Of a DNA stretch of 64,000 bases, positions 34,796 to 46,439 are shown piece after piece. The notes beneath the pieces are model-generated. The model was not told the origin of the DNA. It was given only the letters and a program-made list of their open reading frames with translations, and did not search any database. How positions within the stretch are numbered: the first letter of the stretch is position 1; every line of letters begins with the position of its first letter. The translations under genes and the position numbers were made by a program. The stretch is taken from contig CAWJKT010000004.1 of assembly GCA_963843375.1 (NCBI GenBank), positions 480,001-544,000 of the forward strand, read 5' to 3'. Source of the DNA: an uncultured Pseudomonadota bacterium (GTDB lineage: Bacteria > Oederibacteriota > Muellerivitia > Muellerivitales > Muellerivitaceae).

Positions 34796-35374
34796 TTACG
34801 GGAGTTCGTACCCCAGGGCGGACTCGACCTCGATCGTCCGCAGCACCGCGGGCCGCGCCAACATTCGATCGAAGTGCGCGGCAAGGCCCGGGTGGTCCGC
34901 GGGGGCCGGCTGCATGGCGCGCTGAAATCGCCAGTAGAGCCGAAAGAGATGGATGTCGGCGATCGTGTAGCGCCCTATCGCCCACTCGCGTCCGCCGAGC
35001 CTCCGATCGGCGATGCCGAACACCTCCCTCCATCGATCGACGCCCGAGCGGCGCCCAGGATGAACGGTCGAGGCGAGGAACGACATCCACGACACGACCT
35101 GGGCCTCGGCCTCGATGTCGCCGTCCGGCAGCAGGTGCGCTGCCGGGTAGCGACGGGCCAGGTAAAAGAGGTTGGCGGCCACCTCCGTCATCGGACGCCC
35201 GTCGATCACCAGAGTCGGCACCTTGCCCTCGGGATTGATCGCCAGGTACTCGGGGCTCTGCATCTCCTGCTTCTTGAAAGAGAGGAGTCGGATCTCGAAC
35301 GGGACGCCAACCTCGTGGAGCGCGATGTGCGTCGCCATCGAGCTGGCGCCCGGAGCGAGATAGAGGGTGAGCAT
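34796..35374 (-). CDS. glutathione S-transferase
   Basis: LYLAPGASSMATHIAL, INPEGKVPTL, YTIADIHL. Confidence 0.92.
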   Translation of the reverse strand: MLTLYLAPGASSMATHIALHEVGVPFEIRLLSFKKQEMQSPEYLAINPEGKVPTLVIDGRPMTEVAANLFYLARRYPAAHLLPDGDIEAEAQVVSWMSFLASTVHPGRRSGVDRWREVFGIADRRLGGREWAIGRYTIADIHLFRLYWRFQRAMQPAPADHPGLAAHFDRMLARPAVLRTIEVESALGYELP

Positions 35375-35440
35375 GCGCAGAAGGTGGCCGAAGCCTCGCG
35401 GCGCGTCCAGTCCGGCACTCGGACCTTGTTCCCGCCTATC

Positions 35441-36460
35441 ATGGGGGCAATGGCCGCTCCCCAGGTCGAGGTGCTGCGCTGCCCCGCGTGCGGCGCCGAT
35501 GTGCCCCTGGGTCAGGCGGACGACGCGCTCTGCGCGCACTGCGGGAAAGCGGTTCGCGTTCCCGATGCGCATCGCGAGCTGCGTTTCCTTCAGCGCGAGG
35601 ACCACGGGGCGCGTCATCGAGCGCAGGCGCTCCTGTCGACGCTCGATTCGCCGCCGTGGCTCTTGACCCGTGTGCTGGCTGCGGTCTTCGACCAGCCCGC
35701 GCTCGCGTTCTGGATCTACTTCGGGGTGCCGGTCGGCCTGGCGAGCATCTTCGCCGGACTCGCCGTCGACGCGCACCTCCACCCGCCTCCCGCGGCGACC
35801 GTCGGCGTCATCTTCGTCGTCCTGTTTGCGTTCGCTTTCCTCCCGCGATGCATGGGGATCTACGCCAACCGGCGTGCCGGAGCCCGCCGTCTCTTGCTGG
35901 CCGGGTTGGCCGCACAACCGCCGAGGACGCCCGGGGGCCCGGCCCGCTGCCGCGCGTGCGGGGCGCCCCTCGAGATCCCCGCGGGCGCGGCCGTCGCCCG
36001 CTGCCTCTATTGCGGAGTCGAGAGCGCCGTACGGATACGCACTCCGTTCCTCGCGCGCGTCCGCCAGGCGACCCGTGCCGCGGTGCGCACCCTGGACGAA
36101 GCGGCGGCGCTCGACCACCGCGACCGCGCCGCGACGCGGCACGAGCTGGCCCGCGAGCTCCGCCGGTATGGCCTCACGACGGCGACCTTCGGCGGACTCT
36201 TCGCCGTCTGGGCCTGGGACTATCAGCGCGTCACCGATCGCGGCGACGGATCGGCCCCTGCGCTCGGCATCCTCGCGCTGGTGATCGGCACCGTCCTGCT
36301 CATCGCGATGCTGCTTCGGTCGACCGGCACCGATCCGCGCGACGCCGAAGACGCGCGCGAGCGACGCGGCGGCACCGGTCTTCCCGCATGGGTGCGCGTC
36401 CTGGGGCCCATCGGCTTCTGGGTCGTGCTCTGGGGGATCCGCCTCGCGATATGGCGATGA
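35441..36460 (+). CDS. zinc-ribbon membrane protein
   Basis: CPACG..CAHCG and CRACG..CLYCG plus several TM segments. Confidence 0.7.
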   Translation: MGAMAAPQVEVLRCPACGADVPLGQADDALCAHCGKAVRVPDAHRELRFLQREDHGARHRAQALLSTLDSPPWLLTRVLAAVFDQPALAFWIYFGVPVGLASIFAGLAVDAHLHPPPAATVGVIFVVLFAFAFLPRCMGIYANRRAGARRLLLAGLAAQPPRTPGGPARCRACGAPLEIPAGAAVARCLYCGVESAVRIRTPFLARVRQATRAAVRTLDEAAALDHRDRAATRHELARELRRYGLTTATFGGLFAVWAWDYQRVTDRGDGSAPALGILALVIGTVLLIAMLLRSTGTDPRDAEDARERRGGTGLPAWVRVLGPIGFWVVLWGIRLAIWR

Positions 36461-36745
36461 TCCGACCGCCGACCCGATCTCGCGCAAGCGCTTCCGCGCC
36501 GACGGTACATTTCCTTCATTCGATTGATGATTGTCGCTCGGCTGAGCGTATTTCACACGCAGCTGACCGTTGGCGCCAATCTTGTCGACAATCGAGCACC
36601 AAATGGTAATGACTCCAGCTGGGCCATCTACGCTAAGGTATTGGCCCGAAATGAGTTCTGAATTCGCTCGATTCTACCGACACTGCCGATATCGATCATC
36701 AGCGAATTTACTACGAATTGCAGTGGGAATGTCGAGCGTTGAAAT

Positions 36746-37936
36746 ATGAGGAAGGAAAAGGCGAAATCCATGGGTCCCCAATTTGGATACCGCTTTGAGC
36801 TCGGTTCGCTGGCGACGATTCTTACCCTCGCGCTCGGTGCCACGGCAGGCTGCGGTGGGACTTCGGCCGGCCCAAGCTTCCAGGGCCAAGGCACCTCGCC
36901 CGACGACGGCGACGCGAGCTCGGCGACCGGATCGTCGGGAGGGCGCTCCACGGGCACGGGCGCCTCTTCGAGCGGCGGGACCTCGAGCTCGGGCTCGAGC
37001 TCGGGCACGAGCTCCGGCGGTTCGAGCGGCTCTCCGAAGCCGAGCAGCAGCTCGGGGAGCAGCGGCTCGAGTGGGTCTTCGAGCGGCTCCTCGAGTGGTT
37101 CCAGCGGGTCGACGGCCGGCGGCAGCGGCTCGATTCCGACGATGCTTCCGAAGGCGATGGGCACGTGCCCGACCCTGAAGAGCGGCAGCATGCAAAGCAT
37201 CATGCTGAACGGCACGTCGATGTCGTGGTCGATGTCGGTGGGAACCAAGGCCTCTTCTGCGACCGGGCCCATCGTCATTTACTGGCATGGCACCGGCACG
37301 AACGCCGGCGAGTCCGCCACGGCGCTGGGCAACGGCATCACCGACATCGTCAACCTCGGGGGCCTGGTAGCCGCCGCCGACAGCACGAGCAGCACCGGCA
37401 CGAACACGGGCGACGGTGTCTGGTACACCGGGGACGTCAACTGGGCGGACTTCATCATCGCCTGCGCGATCCAGCAGCTGAACATCGACGCGAGCCATAT
37501 CCACGTCGCCGGCTACAGCGCGGGCGCTATGCAAACCGGTTACATGTGGTACGCGCGATCCGGGTACATCGCGAGCGCGATCGTCTACTCGGGAGGCGCC
37601 AGCGGCTTCGGCGAGCAGCTGCAGGATCCCTCCAACGCCCCGTCGCTCATCGGTGCTCACGGCGCGCCGGGCGACTCGAGCTGCACCATCACCTCGTCGA
37701 ACTGCGACTTTCTCGCAGGCTCGACGACGATGTTCGAGGCAACCGTCAAGGCGGCGGGCGCCCCCATGGTCATCGATTGCGACGACGGCAGCTCGCACGT
37801 CGACATCACGCGGCTCAGCGAGCTCTCCCCGGTCGCCTGGCAGTTCTTCAAGGACCACCCCTTCAAGGGGGGGAAACCCGATCCCTACGCCAACGGACTC
37901 CCCTCGGCGTTCCCGACGTACTGCAAGATCCAGTAG
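36746..37936 (+). CDS. lipoprotein alpha/beta-hydrolase (esterase-like)
   Basis: TAGC lipobox, Ser/Gly linker, YWHGTG, GYSAG nucleophile elbow. Confidence 0.8.
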   Translation: MRKEKAKSMGPQFGYRFELGSLATILTLALGATAGCGGTSAGPSFQGQGTSPDDGDASSATGSSGGRSTGTGASSSGGTSSSGSSSGTSSGGSSGSPKPSSSSGSSGSSGSSSGSSSGSSGSTAGGSGSIPTMLPKAMGTCPTLKSGSMQSIMLNGTSMSWSMSVGTKASSATGPIVIYWHGTGTNAGESATALGNGITDIVNLGGLVAAADSTSSTGTNTGDGVWYTGDVNWADFIIACAIQQLNIDASHIHVAGYSAGAMQTGYMWYARSGYIASAIVYSGGASGFGEQLQDPSNAPSLIGAHGAPGDSSCTITSSNCDFLAGSTTMFEATVKAAGAPMVIDCDDGSSHVDITRLSELSPVAWQFFKDHPFKGGKPDPYANGLPSAFPTYCKIQ

Positions 37937-38303
37937 CCGCGGCCGGCCGACGTCCATAGGGCGGCGAGGACCAGGTACGTCCAGAGACCGCCCGCAGGGA
38001 CGGGCGTCGGCGCCGGCGCGCCGGAGTCCGGACCGATGCCGACCGGGGAACTCGCGAGGTAGCTGGTGATGAACTGACTTGCGCCAATCGCGGAGACACG
38101 CAGCCGCGGAGGGTCTCCTGATCGGGGCCTGCGCCGCAGCGCGGCGTGAACCACCACGTGGTCAGGGGTCCTCCTTCGCTGGGACGCCGATTCCGCGTGT
38201 TGGTGTCTCTTTTGGTGTCTCTATGGTGTGCGGACTTGCAAGGGTGCGTGGCATTTTGGCGCTCAGGGAGCGATCTTTTCGCTCGTATCGTCGCCGACGT
38301 GCT

Positions 38304-38319
38304 CGGCCGCGGCTTTGCA
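38304..38319 (+). promoter_or_regulatory. possible sigma-54 promoter
   Basis: CGGCCG-CGGCT-TTGCA shortly upstream of the response-regulator ATG. Confidence 0.35.
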
Positions 38320-38334
38320 AGGCAGGGTCGCAAC

Positions 38335-38796
38335 ATGCTGCCGCTGGCGCCTCCGACGTCGTCCGACAACGGGCCCCGATCCGCGCGACCCAGGGGTCCG
38401 CTGGTCCTCATCATCGAGGACACGACCGACCTCCGCGACCTCTTCGCCGCCGAGCTGGCGACCGACGGGTTCCTGGTGATCGACGCCGTCGACGGCGAAG
38501 CGGGGATCGACAAGGCCCGGCGCTTCGAGCCCGACGCGATCGTGCTCGACCTCATGCTTCCGGGGATCAACGGCTTCAACGTCGCGCGCGTTCTGCGGGG
38601 CAACGAACGCACGCGAAACACCGTCATCGTCGCGGTGACGGCCCTGACTTCGAGCCGGCTCCTGTCGATGGCCATCGAGGCGGGGTGCGACTCGTGTCTC
38701 TGCAAGCCCGTGCTCGGCGCTGCCGTCGTCCGGGAGCTGATGCGCCTTCTGGTCGCGAGGCGAAGCGGCGCGGACCTCACTCGCCTGAAGAAGTGA
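38335..38796 (+). CDS. single-domain response regulator
   Basis: LIIED, VLDLMLPGING, AVTA, CKP. Confidence 0.85.
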   Translation: MLPLAPPTSSDNGPRSARPRGPLVLIIEDTTDLRDLFAAELATDGFLVIDAVDGEAGIDKARRFEPDAIVLDLMLPGINGFNVARVLRGNERTRNTVIVAVTALTSSRLLSMAIEAGCDSCLCKPVLGAAVVRELMRLLVARRSGADLTRLKK

Positions 38797-38817
38797 TCCG
38801 GCTGGGACTTCGTTCGC

Positions 38818-40006
<1,189 letters not shown>

Positions 40007-40074
40007 GGGCAGTCCTCCGCGGAGTCTGGGGCCGAACCTAGCCGCTCGGCGGCGTCGCGCGCCAGCCGGCTGTG

Positions 40075-42240
40075 CTACGAGGTCGGTGGGGTCGTTCCCC
40101 GTCGGTCGTTGCCCGTCAGCCGGACGACGGCCGCGATGAGCTCCAGGGGCTCGACCGGCTTGGCCATGTGCACGTTGAAGCCCTCGACCAGGGCGCGGGT
40201 GCGATCCTCGGTGCGCGCGAAGGCGGTGAGCGCGATGGCGGGAATGTTCCGCTTGCCCTCGTGCGGGTGCGTCCGGATGTCCCGAATGAGGGAGTAACCG
40301 TCTCCATCGGGCATTCCGATGTCCGAGACGATGACGTGGGGCTCGAAGTCTCTCAGCATCGCGAGAGCTTCGGCCGCGCTGCTCGCGAGCCGGACCTTCA
40401 TGCCCGATCGCTGCAGCATGAATTCCAGCAGCTCTCGGGCGTCCGCGTCGTCATCGACGACGAGCGCGACGATGTCGCCGAGGTCCTCCGGCAGGCTCGC
40501 GACGCCCGTGGACGGCGTCGTCGCCGGGACCCGCGGGATGCCGATCGTGGTGGAGACGAGGGGGCTGATGGGCAGGCGCACGACGAACTCGGCGCCCTTG
40601 CCCAGGCCGCCGCTCGAGGCCCGGACGGTCCCTCCGTGGAGCTCGACGAGGTGCTTCGAGATCGAGAGGCCGATCCCGAGACCGGCGTGCGGTCTCGTCG
40701 TGGTGGTGTCCGACTGGCGGAACGTCTCGAAGACGTGAGGGAGAAACTCCGCCGAGATGCCCTCGCCGTCGTCGGCGATGGTCAGCTCGAGGTCGGACTC
40801 GGCTCGATGGATTCCGAGTCGGAGCGTGCCCTCCTTGGGCGTGAACTTCACCGCGTTCGACAGGAGATTCCAGATCACTTGCTGCAGACGATCGCCGTCT
40901 CCCCGCAGGACGGCGTTCTCGCGATCGATCTTCGTCTCGACGCGCAGTCGCTTCGCGTTGATCGCGGGGCGCATCCCCTCGATCACCAGGTCCAGCACGG
41001 TTCCGAGGTCCACCTGGGAAAGGTTGATGCGAACGCTCCCGGTGATGACGCGGCTGATGTCGAGGAGGTCGGCGACGATCTGATTCTGGGCCAGCGCGTT
41101 GCGATGGATCACGTCGATGGCGCGCTCGCGGTTGGCCTCGGACAGGGACTCGCTCTGCAGCAGCCCGGTCCAGCCGAGGATGGCGTTGAGCGGCGTTCGC
41201 AGCTCGTGCGACACCATGGCCACGAACTCGTCCTTGGCGCGGGTCGCCGCCTCGACTCGCGAACGCTCTTTCTGCGACGTCGCGTAGAGATGCGCGTTGT
41301 CGATCGCGACGGCCGCCCTTCGCGCCAGCTCCTCGACGAGCAGGAGATCGGCCGGCCCGTAGCGGCGGGGCGACTCGCTCCACGCGAGCGTGATGGCGCC
41401 GAAGGTGGCCGACTGGACCCGGAGAGGAACGATGATCCAGGAGCGCGATCCGATCTGGCGAAGGAGCGCCAGGTGCTCCGGGCTCTGCGCGAGGCCCTCG
41501 AGCGTGCCCGTCGGCGCGTCCTCGACGAGCCGCGACTTGCCGGTGCGAATGACCTCGGGGTAGCCGTCTCGTGCCTGCGGGTCCGGAGGAAAGCGCAGGA
41601 GCAGCTCGCGCAGGACGGCGACCTTGGCGGGGTCGACGTGCGCGAGCGGGATCTGCTCCGCGGGCTCCCCCTCGATGGTGACCGCGCACCAATCGGCCAG
41701 CCTGGGGACGACCAGCCCCGTGAGGCGCGAGAGCGTCGACCGGTAGTCGAGCGAGGACGTCAGGAGCTGTCCCGCCTTGGCGAGGAACTCGAGCTCCTCC
41801 CTCTGCCCGGCCTGCTGGCGGTCTCGATAGCGACTGTACTCCGCCGCCGCCTCGGCGACGCCGACGTTGAGGCACTTCGCCAGGACGTCGAACTCGTCGA
41901 TCGTCATCGACGCGTGGTGGGCCTTCGCCGTCTCCATGACCGCGTGGCGGAGGATGCCGTACTCGCGCACGAGGGCGTCGAGGTCGTACCCGAGGGTCCA
42001 GCGCTGCCCGCCGTGCCGTCGGGCCGTGGGGCTCTGGTCAATCGCATCGTAGCTGTAGCGGACCTGGCCCAGCGCCCTCAACTCGCCGACAATCTCGTCG
42101 AGGAACCGTGGAATGTGGTCGATGAGGACCGGCCGAGGCAACCCGGGGGGCGGCAGGTCCTTGCGCTGCACCTCCGTGACGAACCGCGCCACGATTTCGT
42201 CGCGGCGCTCGGTGAGGAGCTGGTCGAGCGAGAGCGCCAT
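40075..42240 (-). CDS. hybrid sensor histidine kinase (N-terminal helical domain, GAF, HisKA, HATPase, REC)
   Basis: SHELRTPL, NLLSNAVKFT, DDGEGI, GLGIGL, SDIGMP. Confidence 0.95.
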   Translation of the reverse strand: MALSLDQLLTERRDEIVARFVTEVQRKDLPPPGLPRPVLIDHIPRFLDEIVGELRALGQVRYSYDAIDQSPTARRHGGQRWTLGYDLDALVREYGILRHAVMETAKAHHASMTIDEFDVLAKCLNVGVAEAAAEYSRYRDRQQAGQREELEFLAKAGQLLTSSLDYRSTLSRLTGLVVPRLADWCAVTIEGEPAEQIPLAHVDPAKVAVLRELLLRFPPDPQARDGYPEVIRTGKSRLVEDAPTGTLEGLAQSPEHLALLRQIGSRSWIIVPLRVQSATFGAITLAWSESPRRYGPADLLLVEELARRAAVAIDNAHLYATSQKERSRVEAATRAKDEFVAMVSHELRTPLNAILGWTGLLQSESLSEANRERAIDVIHRNALAQNQIVADLLDISRVITGSVRINLSQVDLGTVLDLVIEGMRPAINAKRLRVETKIDRENAVLRGDGDRLQQVIWNLLSNAVKFTPKEGTLRLGIHRAESDLELTIADDGEGISAEFLPHVFETFRQSDTTTTRPHAGLGIGLSISKHLVELHGGTVRASSGGLGKGAEFVVRLPISPLVSTTIGIPRVPATTPSTGVASLPEDLGDIVALVVDDDADARELLEFMLQRSGMKVRLASSAAEALAMLRDFEPHVIVSDIGMPDGDGYSLIRDIRTHPHEGKRNIPAIALTAFARTEDRTRALVEGFNVHMAKPVEPLELIAAVVRLTGNDRRGTTPPTS

Positions 42241-42374
42241 GGGTGAGTGGATCGGCCTAGGCCAACCAGTTCTGCCGTTGCAGGACCGATTCCATGGACG
42301 ATCTCGGCGGATCTCGGCCCACGCGCCTCGTCACGCGCGTGGCAACCAGGCTCGGCGGTCCTAATTTGCCACGG

Positions 42375-43343
42375 TCAGGCGCCGGCGCGCCGGCGGCCGA
42401 CGAGGGTCGACAGTGCGACCGCGGTCAGCAGCGCGGCCCCGTTGAACGCCGACTCCACCCAGTTGTCGACGCCGACGAGCGAGAGTCCGCTCACGGTCGT
42501 AGCCAGGAAGAAGACGGCGAGGAGCGTGCCGGGCACGTTGAACCGGCCGGGGTGAATGCTGGTCACTCCGAGGAAGGCCACGGCGAGGACGGGAAGGGCA
42601 ATCGACCCGCCAGTCTGCGGATTGGCTCCCCCGTCCCGGGCCACCTGCAGGACACCCGCGAAGCCCGTGATCGCCCCCGAGATGACGAAGCTCAGCACGG
42701 TGATTCGATTGACGTCGAGCCCCACGAGACGCGCGGCGTTCGGGTTGGAGCCGACCGCCTGCAGATACCGGCCGTACGGCGTGTGATCGAGCAGGTACCA
42801 CACCAGCAGGGCCACCGCGGCGAGCAGATAGAGAGGTCGAGGCAGACCCAGCCACAGGTTCGAGCCCATGTCCGTGAGGGACGACGGGATGCCCGTGAGG
42901 ATGCTGACCCCTTCGGTGTACCAGGAGATGATCCCGACGATCACGGTCGCGACCGCGAGGGTCGTGATCAGCGAATTGAGACCGAGCCTGGCGACGAGCA
43001 GTCCGTTGAGCAACCCGACGGTCGCGCCCAGCGCCGGCCCCGCGAGGACAGCCACCCAGAGGGGCGCCGAAAATCGGGACAGCACCGACGCCGTGAGGAT
43101 CGACGTGAGTCCGAGCGTCGATCCGACCGACAGGTCGAACTGGCCGCCGACCAGCGGAATGATCGCCGACAGGCTGAGGATCGCGAGGACCGCCTGGTTG
43201 CCGACGATGTTGCGAAAATTCAGGACCGTGGCGAACGAGTCCGGGAGTTTGAGGCTGAAGCCGACCACCACCGCCGCGAAGAGCAGCAAGAGGAAGTAGC
43301 GCTCGAGGAGCGCGAGCGCCGCGCTGCGCGTCGGCCGAGTCAT
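42375..43343 (-). CDS. sugar-type ABC transporter permease
   Basis: GQFDLSVG, HTPYGRYLQAVGSNPNAARLVG. Confidence 0.93.
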   Translation of the reverse strand: MTRPTRSAALALLERYFLLLLFAAVVVGFSLKLPDSFATVLNFRNIVGNQAVLAILSLSAIIPLVGGQFDLSVGSTLGLTSILTASVLSRFSAPLWVAVLAGPALGATVGLLNGLLVARLGLNSLITTLAVATVIVGIISWYTEGVSILTGIPSSLTDMGSNLWLGLPRPLYLLAAVALLVWYLLDHTPYGRYLQAVGSNPNAARLVGLDVNRITVLSFVISGAITGFAGVLQVARDGGANPQTGGSIALPVLAVAFLGVTSIHPGRFNVPGTLLAVFFLATTVSGLSLVGVDNWVESAFNGAALLTAVALSTLVGRRRAGA

Positions 43344-44887
43344 GGACCCTCGGCGGCAAAGTGGGCGAGCTCGGTCAGGCGATGGCTATCGAGCGACGGT
43401 GGTTTGACCTCACCGACGATGCGCCCGCGCACCATGGCGATCACGCGATCGCACAGCGCCGCGAGCTCCTCGAAATCGGAGCTCACCACGAGGACGGAGG
43501 TGCTGCTCTGCGCGGCTTCGCGGAGCAGCTTGTGGATCTCGATTCGGGCGTGCACGTCGACTCCCTGGGTAGGCTCGTCGAGCAAGAGGAGCTTTGGCTG
43601 GTCGCGAAGGCAGCGCGCGAGCACGGCCTTCTGCTGGTTGCCGCCCGAGAGCGTCGACTGCGGCTGCTCGGTCGAAGAGGCCCGGATGAAGAAGCGCGTG
43701 ATCAGCTTTCTCGCGTCCGACCGCTCGACGTCGTGGCGCAGGCGCTGGCCGCGAAAGTAGCAATCCATGCGGCCCGCCGTGAGGTTGGCGCGCAGGCTCA
43801 GGGCGGGAAACTCGGCCTCGTGCGCCCGGTCGGGAGGCACGTAGGCGACGCCGCCCGCGATTGCGGCGCGCGGACCTTCGGGATGGAAGGGCCGGCCGTC
43901 GAGCACGACCTCTCCGGACCTCCTCGAGAGCGTGCCGTAGAGAAGTCTCTGCACGTCGGCCGCTCCCGAGCCGATCAAGCCCGCGATGCCCAGGATCTCG
44001 TGACGGCCGACCTCGAAGCTCACGTCGGAGACGACGCCCCCGGCCAGCGCGCGAACGGCGAGGACGGGCGGGTCGCCGCTGACGACGTGCGCGTCCAATC
44101 GCCGCTCGTGTTCGACCGCGCGTCCGAGCATGAGGGAGACGAGCTTGGACTGGTCCATTCCGGCGGTGGCGACCGTCCCCACGTTCCGCCCATCGCGAAG
44201 CGCGGTGACCCGCTGGGTGGCGCGCAGCACCTCGTCGAGGCGATGGGTGACGTAGAGGATCGCCTGGCCCTGGTCTGCGTACTTGCGCAGGGTCTCGAGG
44301 AGCCAATCGACCTCGGGGCCGGGGAGCGAAGCCGTGGGCTCGTCGAGGATCAGCACGCCGCCCTGCGCGCCATCGAGATCTTGCAAGGCGCGTGCGATCA
44401 CCACGAGGGTCCGATCGGCGGGGCCCAGCATGCCCGCGGGCATCTCTGGCGTGCCGTGGATGTGGAACCGCTCGAGGATCCGCGCCGTCCGCTCGCGCTG
44501 CTCTGCCCAGCGAATGCGCCCACCGCGCCCCGTCAGAAACCCGCGCCCGATGGCGATGTTCTCGGTCACGCTGAGCATGGGAAAGACGGCAGGCACCTGA
44601 TGCACGAAGTGCAAGCCCACCTCCTTGGCCTTGGCGGGCGTCAGCGCCCCTGGATCGAGCGGGGTGCCGTTCACGGCGATCTCGCCGCCATCGTCCGCGG
44701 CATAGATCCCGGCCAGGATCTTGATCAGCGTCGACTTGCCCGATCCGTTGGTCCCGATGAGGGCGTGGATCTCGCCCCGCCGCAGGTCGAGGCTCACCCC
44801 GTCGAGGGCGCGGGTGCCGGGGAACGTCTTGCCGATGCCGCGGACCCGGAGGACGAGATCGCGGTCGCTGGAGGGGGATGCTTCCAC
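43340..44887 (-). CDS. sugar-type ABC transporter ATP-binding protein (two ABC domains)
   Basis: GTNGSGKST, LDEPT (twice), LSGGNQQK. Confidence 0.93.
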   Translation of the reverse strand: MEASPSSDRDLVLRVRGIGKTFPGTRALDGVSLDLRRGEIHALIGTNGSGKSTLIKILAGIYAADDGGEIAVNGTPLDPGALTPAKAKEVGLHFVHQVPAVFPMLSVTENIAIGRGFLTGRGGRIRWAEQRERTARILERFHIHGTPEMPAGMLGPADRTLVVIARALQDLDGAQGGVLILDEPTASLPGPEVDWLLETLRKYADQGQAILYVTHRLDEVLRATQRVTALRDGRNVGTVATAGMDQSKLVSLMLGRAVEHERRLDAHVVSGDPPVLAVRALAGGVVSDVSFEVGRHEILGIAGLIGSGAADVQRLLYGTLSRRSGEVVLDGRPFHPEGPRAAIAGGVAYVPPDRAHEAEFPALSLRANLTAGRMDCYFRGQRLRHDVERSDARKLITRFFIRASSTEQPQSTLSGGNQQKAVLARCLRDQPKLLLLDEPTQGVDVHARIEIHKLLREAAQSSTSVLVVSSDFEELAALCDRVIAMVRGRIVGEVKPPSLDSHRLTELAHFAAEGP

Positions 44888-44907
44888 GTGCTGCTGGCTG
44901 CGTGCCG

Positions 44908-46151
44908 CTAGAGGACGCCCCACGCCTTCTTGTAGGCGCTGCGAAAGTCCTTCGAGGCCTCGTAGCCCTTTCCGGGCGCGGGGAGGTTGTGCTCGCGATC
45001 GATGAGGCGATAGCCGATCCCCGAGTCTTGCGGCTTCTGACCGTTGAATACGCTGTTGAGCGAATCGACGGCGGCGTATCCGGTCCACACGGCCGGGAAC
45101 GCATTGGCCGCGTCCTGACCGCGGTTGTCCCGAATGAGCTGGACGTTGGAAGGGAAGCCTTCGCCCGCGATGACCGAGAGCTGATCGTTTCGGCCCGACT
45201 CGAGGACGGCGCTTGCGATGCCAAGGAGCATCGGCGTGTCGTAGGGCACGTGGATCGCGTTGGCCTCGGGGTGCTGGAGGAGCGCGCCCTGTGCCTTCTG
45301 CTGCAGCTTGGGCCCGAAGTCGGGGATCGTGAAGTCGACGGTCTTGACGACCTCGCACGTCGTGCACTTGGCGAGCTCCTGCTCGAAGCCTTCGCGGATG
45401 TACTTCACGACGAGGAGCTCGTCCTCCTTGAACGAGATGGCCTTCGCGTGGCCTTGCGTCTTGACGATGACCCAGTCGGCTTTCACCGCGCCCCAGGCGC
45501 GCGTGAGGCTCGCGTAGTCGCCGAACTGCGATCCGAAGTTCACGCTGCCGCTGTAGAGAGGCTCCCCCTTGACCGAAGGATCGTCGCAGTCGAGCGCGTA
45601 GTAGGCGAGCGTCTTGACCTTCGCCGCCTGCGCCTCGACCAGCGCCTGCTTGACCCACGCGCAGTCGATCGCGTGGAGGATGATGCCGTCGGCCTTCGCG
45701 GCGATCGCCTGGCGGATGCCCGCCGAGAAGGCTGCGGGGTCGCCCTTCGCGTCGAAGAGCGTCATCTTCCACCCCACGAGCTCTCCGGCTTCCTTTGCCG
45801 CGTTCGTCGCGACCGAGGCGCTCTCGCCGATCTGCGACGGCGAGATGATCCAGACCTTCTTGCCGCGCTGCGGCTTGGGGGCCGAGGTCGGGGATCGCGA
45901 TCCGTGCCCGCGTAGGCGAGGTCGATCTGGTGCTGTGCGTAGGCGAGCACCGCGGGGTCCGCCGAAGCGACGGGCGCCGCCGAAGCGCTGCCCAGCGTCG
46001 CCGCTCCCCCCGATGCGGCCGGAGCGCCGGGATCTTTCGCGCTGCTGGCGTTGCAAGCGAAGGCGAAAGCAGCGAGCGCGCCGGCGACGACAGCTTTCGT
46101 GAGCCGACGGCCCACGACGGCCAACCTGCACGAATCGGAACCGCGGTCCAT
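44908..46151 (-). CDS. sugar-type ABC substrate-binding lipoprotein (frameshift near 45895)
   Basis: AFAC lipobox; AKEAGELVGWKMTLFDAKGD...IRQAIAAKADGII. Confidence 0.88.
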
Positions 46152-46439
46152 GGCCTGTCTCCTTGCGAGATTCTTCGCGTCCGCCGATGAAGACACGGCC
46201 GGAGCTCCCCTCGCACATCGACGTCTACCGCGATCGCCGTCTCGACTTCTAGCGATTACTTGCGTGGCAGCCTGATCCGAAGTCGGAACCCGCGTCGCGT
46301 CGAAATTGATGACGCGCGTCGACGCCGCCGTTTTCCGCCGCCCCTGGAGTCGTGCGTTGCCATGCGACCCGCGCCGTGTCGTGATTCGGTGTCGGCACAC
46401 TAACGCAAAGTGCCACTGGGGACGCGAGACGGAAATAGC

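Noticed and set aside
36960..37130. Ser/Gly DNA repeats (also 19680-19830 and 57100-57160)
   Set aside because: Explained as ordinary low-complexity protein linkers
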